Below, in pieces: positions 6,949 through 15,168 of a stretch of DNA of 64,000 nucleotides. Where the stretch lies: positions 61,441 through 125,440 of the forward strand of contig CAVLDP010000003.1 in assembly GCA_963661945.1 (NCBI GenBank). The letters are read 5' to 3'. The notes under the pieces are model-generated. The model worked only from the letters and a program-made list of their open reading frames with translations, did not search any database and had not been told where the DNA came from. Both the position numbers and the translations under genes were made by a program. Numbering within the stretch: position 1 is the stretch's first letter; every line of letters begins with the position of its first letter. The stretch comes from Lachnospiraceae bacterium (GTDB lineage Bacteria; Bacillota; Clostridia; Lachnospirales; Lachnospiraceae).

Positions 6949-9948
6949 GTGGAGGTGATTCCAGTGGAACGTACAGGATTAGAAGAATTATATGCAGGAT
7001 TTGAAACAGCCTTTATTGATGGGTCGTTGGCATCGAACATAGCTTATCGGCCTACTTTTGTATCGAATGCGCCTGAAGAGGGAAAGAAGGTAATTTCTAC
7101 GATAGAGGATGAACTTCTATCCTGTGACAGCTTTCAGATTAGTGTAGCCTTCATTACTATGGGAGGTATTACACCTCTTCTACAGACTCTGAAGGAACTG
7201 GAAGATAGGAACATTCCAGGCCAGATTCTCACAACCAATTATCTGAACTTTAGTGAGCCAAGAGCTCTGTCTACGCTAAGTCAGCTTAAGAATATCACTT
7301 TGAAAATGTATGATGTGGAGGAATCCGGAGCAGGATTTCACACGAAGGGTTATATCTTTAAGAAGGACGAAATATATCGCATTATCATTGGCAGCTCTAA
7401 TATGACATCTGCTGCACTTACAGAGAATAAAGAGTGGAACACTAGAATTATCTCTACGGAGCAGGGCGAGATGGCACAGAAGATTGTGCGAGAATTCAGC
7501 ACTTTTTGGGATTCGGACTATGCTTATTCGTATGAGGACTTTATAGAGTCTTATAGCAGAACCTATGAGATTGTCAGGAAACAACGCCAGATTGCCAAAC
7601 AGGATGAAGTTGTTTCTTTAGAGAAATATAAGCTAAAACCTAATTCCATGCAGGTTGGATTTATCGAGAATTTACGTAAGATTGTAGATGCAGGAGAGAA
7701 TAGAGCTCTGCTTATTTCTGCGACAGGAACAGGTAAGACTTATGCTTCTGCATTTGCAATGAGGGAGCTTTCTTTTCAGAGAGTCCTCTTCTTGGTGCAT
7801 AGAGGTCAACTTGCCAGACAGACGATGAAGTCTTATGAGAAGGTTTTTGGACATTCTGTTTCTATGGGACTTTTGGGCGCTGGACATAGAGACTTTGATG
7901 CAGATTATGTATTTGCTACAGTTCAGACCTTGAGCAGGGATGAGCATCTTATGGCTTATAGAGGGGATGAATTTGACTGTATTATTCTTGATGAAGCCCA
8001 CCATGTTCCTGCAGACACCTATCAGAAGATTATGAATCATTTTAGGCCTAAGCTCTGGCTTGGAATGACCGCAACTCCTGACAAAAGAGATGACAATATA
8101 GAAGGGCGTAATGTATATGAGATTTTTCATCATCAGATAGCCTATGAGATTCGTTTGCAGCAGGCTATGGATGAGAATCTTCTGTGTCCATTTCATTATT
8201 TCGGCATTACGGATCTGTCTGTTATCGGAGATGAAGCGGATTCGAGCAGAGATTTTGGTAGACTGACATCTGATGAGCGACTTAAGCATATTATCGATCA
8301 AGCGACTTATTATGGATATAGTGGAGATAAGGTCAAGGGGTTAATTTTCTGCAGTGGTATTCGTGAATCAGAGGAGCTTTCCGCTAAGCTTAATCAGACG
8401 ATAAATCCTGAGACAGGAAGATATTTCCGCACGATTTCTCTAAATGGTAGCGCATCAGAGGAAGAGAGACAGGTTGCCTTTGAACGTCTTGCTATGGATG
8501 AGGATGATGCTAAGGATGGGAAAACTCCGCTGGATTACATCCTGTCCTATGAGATTCTAAATGAAGGCGTCGATATTGTGGAAGTGAATCAGGTCATCAT
8601 GCTTCGTCCGACGGAATCTCCTATTGTCTTCATTCAACAGCTTGGAAGAGGTCTTCGTAAGTCCTATAACAAGGAATATGTTGTGATTTTGGATTTCATT
8701 GGCAATTATCAGAATAACTTTATGATACCGATTGCCCTTTCTGGAGACCGCAGCTACAACAAGGATAATATTCGCCGATACGTTATGGAGGGCGGTCGCG
8801 TGATTCCTGGAGCATCTACGGTGCATTTTGATGCAATCAGTAGAGAGAAGATTTATCAATCTATTGATCGCATGTCTACAACGAAGGCCATGCTTAAGGA
8901 CAAATATTTTGCTCTGAAGGATCGCCTTGGACGAATTCCGACTATCCTTGATTTCTATGAGAATGGAGAGATTGATCCCATGCTCTTTGTCGAGTATTCG
9001 AGGTCCTATGATCAGTTTATTCGACTTGTGGACGTAGAATATAAGATATCATTTTCAGAAGATGAAGAGAAGATACTTGAGTATGTGTCGAATTTCATTA
9101 TGAATGGTAAGCGAATCCACGAGCTTCTAATGCTTAAGCTTCTTCTGAAGGATGGAGAATTCACAGAGGCTTCCTTCCGCGATGAGATGAAGGCCCTACA
9201 CGAGATTTATCGAGAAGAAGACTATTCTTCTGCCTATCATGTTTTAACAGGCGAGTTTCTTAATGCACCTACGGACAAGAACCGATATAGTGATATAGAA
9301 CTAATCTCAACCGTTGGTGCGATGGACCAGAACTACAAGAGAGCGCTCTCTTTCTATGAGAAGCTTAAGAATCAGAATTTTGAGAGAGAATTAGAACGAT
9401 TAGTAGAGTATGGTTTGCTTCGATATAAGGACATTTATCACAACCACGATGAGAATAATCTGGTTCTCTATCAGAAATATTCCAGGAAGGACGTTTGCCG
9501 AATCCTAAACTGGGAGAAGGATAATAGTTCTACAATGTATGGTTATCGAATTAAGTATGGGACTTGTCCGATTTTCGTTACCTATGAGAAGGCAGATGAC
9601 ATTGCAAGCAGTACGAGATATCTGGATGAATTCGAGAAGTTGTCCGAGGAACCTGAGATTCGCAGCAATCGAATCTTCAGTTGGATGACGAGAAGCAAGG
9701 TGACGCTCGATAGTGTGGAAGCGAAGAAATTAATTCACGCCAGGGAAGAAGGACTGAAGGTTCTTCTCTTCCTCAAGAAGAGCGATGGTGAGGGAAGCGA
9801 TTTCTATTATATGGGGCAGGTAGATCCTCTTTCCTGGGAAGAAACGACAATCCTCGATGATAATAAACGCGAGCTACCTATCGTCAATTTTAAGCTCTGC
9901 CTTAGACAGGAAGCCAGAGATGATATCTTTGATTATTTTACAGCTTAG
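6949..9948 (+). CDS. SauUSI-like PLD-nuclease / SF2 helicase / DUF3427 protein (type IV modification-dependent restriction architecture)
   Basis: Single HKD-type motif HTKGYIFKKD..GSSN (His codon 7339-7341). Walker A ATGTGKT (7726-7740). DEAH (7990-8001). TAT motif GMTATP. Motif VI QQLGRGLR. C-terminal YSRKDVCRILNWEK..YGYRIKYGTCPIFVTYEK block is typical of DUF3427. Start is either GTG 6949 or, more likely, GTG 6964, which lies 6 nt after GGAGGTG (6951-6957). Confidence 0.85.
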   Translation: MEVIPVERTGLEELYAGFETAFIDGSLASNIAYRPTFVSNAPEEGKKVISTIEDELLSCDSFQISVAFITMGGITPLLQTLKELEDRNIPGQILTTNYLNFSEPRALSTLSQLKNITLKMYDVEESGAGFHTKGYIFKKDEIYRIIIGSSNMTSAALTENKEWNTRIISTEQGEMAQKIVREFSTFWDSDYAYSYEDFIESYSRTYEIVRKQRQIAKQDEVVSLEKYKLKPNSMQVGFIENLRKIVDAGENRALLISATGTGKTYASAFAMRELSFQRVLFLVHRGQLARQTMKSYEKVFGHSVSMGLLGAGHRDFDADYVFATVQTLSRDEHLMAYRGDEFDCIILDEAHHVPADTYQKIMNHFRPKLWLGMTATPDKRDDNIEGRNVYEIFHHQIAYEIRLQQAMDENLLCPFHYFGITDLSVIGDEADSSRDFGRLTSDERLKHIIDQATYYGYSGDKVKGLIFCSGIRESEELSAKLNQTINPETGRYFRTISLNGSASEEERQVAFERLAMDEDDAKDGKTPLDYILSYEILNEGVDIVEVNQVIMLRPTESPIVFIQQLGRGLRKSYNKEYVVILDFIGNYQNNFMIPIALSGDRSYNKDNIRRYVMEGGRVIPGASTVHFDAISREKIYQSIDRMSTTKAMLKDKYFALKDRLGRIPTILDFYENGEIDPMLFVEYSRSYDQFIRLVDVEYKISFSEDEEKILEYVSNFIMNGKRIHELLMLKLLLKDGEFTEASFRDEMKALHEIYREEDYSSAYHVLTGEFLNAPTDKNRYSDIELISTVGAMDQNYKRALSFYEKLKNQNFERELERLVEYGLLRYKDIYHNHDENNLVLYQKYSRKDVCRILNWEKDNSSTMYGYRIKYGTCPIFVTYEKADDIASSTRYLDEFEKLSEEPEIRSNRIFSWMTRSKVTLDSVEAKKLIHAREEGLKVLLFLKKSDGEGSDFYYMGQVDPLSWEETTILDDNKRELPIVNFKLCLRQEARDDIFDYFTA

Positions 9949-9956
9949 GAGGGAAT

Positions 9957-10364
9957 ATGAAGACAGTACATGTTGTAGCTGCAATTATTCATACATGTGA
10001 CGAGGATGGTAATCCTATTATCTTTGCGACCGAGAGAGGTTATGGTGACTTCAAGGGAGGCTGGGAATTCCCAGGAGGTAAAATAGAAATCGGCGAGACC
10101 AGCGAGGAAGCCTTGGCTCGTGAAATTATGGAAGAATTAGATACAAAGATTGCTGTTGGTGAGCATATTTGTGACATTGAATATGACTACCCTACATTTC
10201 ATCTTTCCATGGAGTGCTTTCTCTGCGAGGTTATTGCAGGAGACCTTGTTCTGAAGGAACATGAGGCAGCGAGATGGCTAAAGCTTGATGAACTTGATAC
10301 GGTTGACTGGCTTCCCGCAGACCAAGACGTAGTAGCCCTATTAAAGGCAGAAGGAATAGAGTAG
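9957..10364 (+). CDS. Nudix hydrolase, MutT/NudG-like (d)NTP pyrophosphohydrolase
   Basis: Nudix box GGWEFPGGKIEIGETSEEALAREIMEELD. 135 aa. AGGAGGG SD. The start is 8 nt after the preceding stop. Confidence 0.9.
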   Translation: MKTVHVVAAIIHTCDEDGNPIIFATERGYGDFKGGWEFPGGKIEIGETSEEALAREIMEELDTKIAVGEHICDIEYDYPTFHLSMECFLCEVIAGDLVLKEHEAARWLKLDELDTVDWLPADQDVVALLKAEGIE

Positions 10365-10381
10365 ATAGAAGAGGCAGAGGG

Positions 10382-12466
10382 ATGAATATGGGGGATGGAA
10401 TTGTTATTCCACATCTTGGAATTCTCGTTACGACATTTTGTAATTTGAACTGTAGGAATTGTGCAGATTTAATTCCTAAGCGAGAGAATTATATTTATGA
10501 ATTTGAGGATATTGTTTCAGATTTGAGTCGTCTGCTTGATAATGTCTCTTCTATTGAGGAAGTGCTGATTATCGGTGGCGAGACACTTATGTATCCTAGG
10601 CTTGAGGAGATTATCGATTTCTGCGGAAGCTGTGACAAGATTCATAAGCTGATCATCACGTCAAATGGTACAATACAGCCTTCGGACGATTTGATGGAAT
10701 GCATAGAGAGAAATCAGGTATGCATGCGTATTAGTGGTTATCCAGAGCATGTGGCACCGAATCGAGTTGATATCCTTGAATCATTTGCAGCTCACGGTAT
10801 TTCGACAGAGGACCTTCGGAACATGACCTGGGCTGATATGGGGGACCGTAAGAAGCGTAATCATACAGAAGCAGAATTACAGCAGATTTTCATGACCTGT
10901 GCTATGGCAAATTGTGTGACGCTGCAGAAGGATGGCCGTATTTTCTACTGCTCGAGATCTATGAGTGCCTACGAGACGGATCTCTATCCAGATATACCGG
11001 CGGAGGAATATATCGATGTCAGGCATGAGGAAGATCTTGCTGCAAGTATTGATAGATTCTTTCATATTCCATATCTTACAACCTGCGATTACTGTGATGG
11101 CATCTCCTGTGCTACAACCAAATATTATCCTGCTGCGACGCAGATTCTGGACAAGGGCATTTTCTTAGAACTGTTGGGACTGGTCTCTAGCCTTCATAGT
11201 GATAGGGAACATGCTGATGTAATAGTGGTGGCAATCAGTCGTATCCTAATTGATTATGCTACAGATTTATATGATTTGGATGATTATCTGATATGCATGC
11301 GTGCAATAGAAGAATTTTTGACTACGCATGGTGATGAGGCTTTTGATAGATTGCTTGAGTCGATGATTCGCCTTACGAATAGCATTACGGATGACTATAA
11401 TTTTGTTGCAAGTGATGATGTAGCATTTACGCGAGAGAACCAAAATCATTCAAGCAGAAATCGGATAACGGTTGGAAGAGTCGGAGGAAGAGGAACAGAA
11501 GAGCTGCTCTTTGATGATGCAGAGATTCTAGAGGAGTTCCACAAGAGATATTCGCTGGATTATGCTGAGTATAATAGGGTTTTCCTCGAGACAGAATTTG
11601 AGCGATTAGAATCTGAAGATATTACGTGTGCTGTTTGTGGACTTTCTTATACGCAATCTGGAATAGTACAGGAATTGATGCCGGTAGGGACAGTGAACCT
11701 GTCGGTGACAGGGCAGGATATTCCTTATTCCCTTCTGATGGCAAGGAAGGCAATTGAGATTCGCCCAGAGATTAGAACACTGATTATTCCGATGACCTAT
11801 TATCATGGCTTCTATGATATTTCATCGGATGATGCATTTATTCATAAGGACATCGTCCGGAGGGTGAACATACCGCTACTTGGTGAAGCGAGAAATTACG
11901 ATTCCTCGGTGGAATATGTGATTGCAGCTAGCGAAGAGCCTACGCTTGAGATTTATGATAGAATCTTTGATTTTCATGAAGTGCAAAAGGAAGTAGAGGC
12001 AGGAATTAGAGAATATCTAGTAGATAAGGATTTCTTCAATGAGATATACCCACAGTCACCATTTGGCGGACTGAAATTCGACTACAAGACCTTGAGCGAG
12101 GAAGAGCGTTTTCAGTCAGCAAAGATTACGGCAGAGTTAAATGAGCGCGTTGTAACGAGTAGCGGTCAGGAAGAGGTCGCGAAATACCTAAGAGAACTTC
12201 TTCCAGAATTAACGAAGGATGGAAGACGCGTGATCTTCTTCCTCCCTCCGATGACGAAATATCTATATGCAGCCTATAGTGATGAGCTGAAGAATAATTT
12301 CAGAGATCAGACGCTTCCTCTTCTTAGTGAATTTGATAATGTATTCTTCTATGATTTCGCGCAGCATGAGATTTTTATGGAAAATGATTTCAATGATTAT
12401 GAACATTTGAATTATAATGGTGGAGTGAAGCTGACGAAGCTTCTTGCAGAACTTATCGAGAGATGA
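10382..12466 (+). CDS. Radical SAM enzyme with SPASM/twitch-like Cys cluster fused to a ~430-aa C-terminal region ending in a DltD/SGNH-like domain
   Basis: CNLNCRNC (CX3CX2C, 10439-10462) and GGETLMYP. Auxiliary Cys pattern C173/C178/C190 (C..G-x4-C) and CDYCDGISC (C235/C238/C243). C-terminal VCGLSY (candidate GxS nucleophile, S422) and DYEHLNYNG (D-x-x-H-L...G as in DltD; Asp codon 12395-12397). ATG 10388 has better SD spacing than ATG 10382. Confidence 0.75.
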   Translation: MNMGDGIVIPHLGILVTTFCNLNCRNCADLIPKRENYIYEFEDIVSDLSRLLDNVSSIEEVLIIGGETLMYPRLEEIIDFCGSCDKIHKLIITSNGTIQPSDDLMECIERNQVCMRISGYPEHVAPNRVDILESFAAHGISTEDLRNMTWADMGDRKKRNHTEAELQQIFMTCAMANCVTLQKDGRIFYCSRSMSAYETDLYPDIPAEEYIDVRHEEDLAASIDRFFHIPYLTTCDYCDGISCATTKYYPAATQILDKGIFLELLGLVSSLHSDREHADVIVVAISRILIDYATDLYDLDDYLICMRAIEEFLTTHGDEAFDRLLESMIRLTNSITDDYNFVASDDVAFTRENQNHSSRNRITVGRVGGRGTEELLFDDAEILEEFHKRYSLDYAEYNRVFLETEFERLESEDITCAVCGLSYTQSGIVQELMPVGTVNLSVTGQDIPYSLLMARKAIEIRPEIRTLIIPMTYYHGFYDISSDDAFIHKDIVRRVNIPLLGEARNYDSSVEYVIAASEEPTLEIYDRIFDFHEVQKEVEAGIREYLVDKDFFNEIYPQSPFGGLKFDYKTLSEEERFQSAKITAELNERVVTSSGQEEVAKYLRELLPELTKDGRRVIFFLPPMTKYLYAAYSDELKNNFRDQTLPLLSEFDNVFFYDFAQHEIFMENDFNDYEHLNYNGGVKLTKLLAELIER

Positions 12467-12482
12467 TTAGGAGGGATTTGTT

Positions 12483-12788
12483 ATGGTAAAGCATATTATT
12501 GTATGGACACTGAAGGATGAATACGATGGAGAGAAAAAGGCTGAGATTCTAAGGGGCATGAAGGAGAATCTGGAAGGCTTAAAGGGACAGGTGCCGGGCC
12601 TTCTCGAGATCAAGGTTGAGACGAAAGGCCTAGCTTCTTCAACGGGGGATTGCATGCTTGATACGACTCTTGAGAGCGAGGAAGCTCTGAAGGCATATGC
12701 GATTCATCCAGCACATGTTGCTGTAGCGGATACTTATGTTCGCCCATATACAGCAATTAGAAGCTGCTTTGACTATGTGATTCATTGA
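12483..12788 (+). CDS. Dabb (stress-responsive alpha/beta barrel) family protein
   Basis: 101 aa. MVKHIIVWTLKDE...LKAYAIHPAHVAV pattern is typical of Dabb domains. AGGAGGG SD. The start is 16 nt after the rSAM stop. Confidence 0.75.
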   Translation: MVKHIIVWTLKDEYDGEKKAEILRGMKENLEGLKGQVPGLLEIKVETKGLASSTGDCMLDTTLESEEALKAYAIHPAHVAVADTYVRPYTAIRSCFDYVIH

Positions 12789-12846
12789 ATTCATATAATA
12801 ATTAGTGTAAGATTATTATATTGTAATGTATTTGGGAGAAGAGATA

Positions 12847-13122
12847 ATGACTAGAATAGAGCCACTAAGCAAGAACACCTCGCTTGAAGAACTTGAGAAT
12901 ATGATGAAGGTTGGACACGTAGTAGTTTTGCCATTCAAGGTTGCACAGAATGTCTACATTATTCAGAACCATAAGCCACAGAAGGTTATGGTTACGGATA
13001 TCAGCATGGTTGGTGTGCAGCTGAATGGTGTATTCTCTACGTGGGAATCCATCGAGGATAATGGTGGAATCTATGTATCAGAGTATGATGCATTGTCCGC
13101 TATGGCTGCTCGTGGTTTATAG
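12847..13122 (+). CDS. Hypothetical 91-aa protein
   Basis: GGGAGAAGAG SD before ATG 12847; the track start at 12826 has no SD. No recognisable motif. Confidence 0.55.
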   Translation: MTRIEPLSKNTSLEELENMMKVGHVVVLPFKVAQNVYIIQNHKPQKVMVTDISMVGVQLNGVFSTWESIEDNGGIYVSEYDALSAMAARGL

Positions 13123-13134
13123 TGATGGACTTGA

Positions 13135-15000
13135 ATGACACCTGAATTATTTTTTGAACGGCTAGTGTCTTGGTGGAAGCGATTTGCTAATTTGCTTGTC
13201 TATAATGGCAAGACACTATTTGCTTTTGAATGTATCTACAAATTCATATCTGCCGCTGTCTTTGTGCCAGTTCTCTACCTTAGCATTGGTTGGGTAGCAC
13301 GACTTGCTGGCTTTTCCTATGTGACAAGTGACAATTTTTGGACATTTATGAGGCACCCGCTTATTATTGCTTATGCGGTAGTGCTTCTTCTTGTCTTGTC
13401 CTTTTATTCCATGATCGACATTAGTGCGGTTATCTATATCATCGATCAGGCTGACCAAAAGGTAAAGGTCGGTCTCTTGCAGCCGATACGCTTTGCATGC
13501 AGCAGGGCAAGGCATGCCTTTGAACCCAAGAATATCATGATAGCTGTTGTTGTCCTTATCATGATTCCATATCTAAACTGTGGAATTCTCTCTAGTGTTG
13601 TTGGTTCATTTTCCCTACCATCCTTTGTAGAACGATATATCGATAGCAAGACATCTCTTAGTATTCTTGCTGTTGCGGCAGCAGTTCTTGTTGCCTTTTA
13701 TCTGCTTCGTTGGTTATTTGGCTTTCATTACTATTCTCTTGAGAAGTGTGATTTTAATGAGGCCAGGAGACGAAGCCTTCGCCTCATGCAGAAATATTGG
13801 CTGTATGACGCAATCGTAATTGGACTGATTCAGATTGTATATTTCCTCATTTCCAAGATTGTGTCGCTAGCTGCATTTCTTGCACTCAAGCTTCTAAATG
13901 GTCTTATGACAATCTACAATTGGCCGGCTACAGTCCTGCTTACAGGAATTCTATTTTTCCTTGTGATTATGGTTATGATTTTCTCCACTGTTGCAGTGCC
14001 AATCAGTTATGCCTGTATCTCACTGATGTTCTATATTAGTAAGGAGTCTCTTGGAGAAGAAATCGTTCGAACCAAGGCAGAAGATATGGTTGTGACAGAC
14101 CGTATGATTCGAAATGGTAAGCGGGCAGTGTGGATTTCACTCCTTGTTTCCTTTGCGGTTGTAGTCGGTTATATCGCTGGATACGCACGTGGGCAATATG
14201 CCATGCATGTGGAGAGCCTGGGTACAGTTGGTGTTACTGCACATAGAGGCTCCTCTTCTACGTATCCTGAGAATACCATGTCCGCCTTCTATGGTGCCAA
14301 GGCAGAAGATGCGACTTGTATTGAGCTTGATGTGGAGCAAAGCAAGGATGGAGTAATCTTCGTATGTCATGATTCTAACCTGGAGAGAATTACGGGAGAG
14401 GATGTGAATTGCTGGGAGCTCACCTATGAGGAGATTCGAGCTCTGGATGCTGGCAGCTTCTTTAGTACTTTGTATCGGGAAGAGTATATGCCTACGCTTG
14501 AGGAGGTTATTGAATTTGCATCGACGAACAATATTGATCTGAATATCGAACTGAAGCCGACGGGCCACGAGACGAATCTGGAGCAAGGTGTCGTTGATCT
14601 AATTCACAAGCATAATTTCGCGAATCACTGCGTGGTGGCATCCCAGGAGTATGATGTGCTAAGTAGGGTTAAGGCTATCGATAGTAATATTATGACCATC
14701 TATGTGACAACAGTTGCATATGGAGACGTGGCAGCAATGGATGCTGCGGATGGTTACAGCATTGAAGCAACCACAATTACAGCTGGTATTGTGAAGAAGA
14801 TTCATAATGCAGGTAAAGTAGTCTATGCGTGGACGGTGAATGATCAGGACGAGATACAGTCTATGATTGATCTTGGTGTAGATAATATTATTACGGATGA
14901 TGTGCTTACTGCCAGAAAGTGTATCTATGGAGCGGAGGCCTATAACTTAATAAGTAAGTATCTGCATGTGTTTACCAGAGATTCTCTATTTGCCAGATAA
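13135..15000 (+). CDS. Membrane-anchored glycerophosphodiester phosphodiesterase (GDPD with N-terminal multi-TM domain)
   Basis: About 340 aa of TM helices are followed by HRGSSSTYPENT, ELDV and CHD motifs of the GDPD fold. The start is 12 nt after the preceding stop. Confidence 0.85.
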   Translation: MTPELFFERLVSWWKRFANLLVYNGKTLFAFECIYKFISAAVFVPVLYLSIGWVARLAGFSYVTSDNFWTFMRHPLIIAYAVVLLLVLSFYSMIDISAVIYIIDQADQKVKVGLLQPIRFACSRARHAFEPKNIMIAVVVLIMIPYLNCGILSSVVGSFSLPSFVERYIDSKTSLSILAVAAAVLVAFYLLRWLFGFHYYSLEKCDFNEARRRSLRLMQKYWLYDAIVIGLIQIVYFLISKIVSLAAFLALKLLNGLMTIYNWPATVLLTGILFFLVIMVMIFSTVAVPISYACISLMFYISKESLGEEIVRTKAEDMVVTDRMIRNGKRAVWISLLVSFAVVVGYIAGYARGQYAMHVESLGTVGVTAHRGSSSTYPENTMSAFYGAKAEDATCIELDVEQSKDGVIFVCHDSNLERITGEDVNCWELTYEEIRALDAGSFFSTLYREEYMPTLEEVIEFASTNNIDLNIELKPTGHETNLEQGVVDLIHKHNFANHCVVASQEYDVLSRVKAIDSNIMTIYVTTVAYGDVAAMDAADGYSIEATTITAGIVKKIHNAGKVVYAWTVNDQDEIQSMIDLGVDNIITDDVLTARKCIYGAEAYNLISKYLHVFTRDSLFAR

Positions 15001-15007
15001 AGAAAAA

Positions 15008-15031
15008 AGCATCAAGCGTTTGCTTGATGCT
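15008..15031. terminator. Hairpin AGCATCAAGC-GTTT-GCTTGATGCT; strong terminator for the minus-strand tRNA, weaker for the plus-strand GDPD gene
   Basis: 10-bp perfect stem. The A6 run at 15003-15008 gives a U-run on the minus strand. Only TT follows on the plus strand. Confidence 0.7.
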
Positions 15032-15036
15032 TAAAA

Positions 15037-15119
15037 TGCGGGCAACAGGACTTGAACCTGCACGAGGGTTACTCACTAGAACCTAAATCTAGCGCGTCTG
15101 CCAATTCCGCCATGCCCGC
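15037..15119 (-). tRNA. tRNA-Leu (anticodon UAG), class II with long variable arm, CCA not encoded
   Basis: Reverse complement folds as a cloverleaf. Acceptor GCGGGCA/TGCCCGC. Anticodon stem CTAGA/TCTAG with loop TTTAGGT. T-arm GCAGG-TTCAAGT-CCTGT. 83 nt. Confidence 0.92.
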
Positions 15120-15139
15120 ATGTCGTACCGACAAGGGAT

Positions 15140-15168
15140 ATTCTATCTGATTTTCTACTTGGAAGCAA
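15140..15168 (-). promoter_or_regulatory. Promoter of tRNA-Leu: TTGCTT-17 nt-TAGAAT on the minus strand
   Basis: AAGCAA at 15163-15168 and ATTCTA at 15140-15145 on the plus strand. The -10 ends 20 nt upstream of the mature tRNA 5' end. Confidence 0.55.

Noticed and set aside
7672-8301. 209-aa ORF antisense to the helicase core of the nuclease gene. Similar long antisense ORFs occur at 47303-47878, 48328-48831, 41255-41746, 24732-25193 and 14137-14586.
   Set aside because: Each lies entirely inside, and opposite to, a CDS with strong family motifs. They have no SD, and their translations are low-complexity or Cys/Ser/Ile-rich, as expected from reverse-complemented codons. They are most likely spurious.
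6100-15119. Formal call of a tRNA-Leu-integrated genomic island.
   Set aside because: I could find no integrase and no att-like repeat of the tRNA 3' end by eye, and no obvious compositional break. It is kept only as a low-interest hypothesis.
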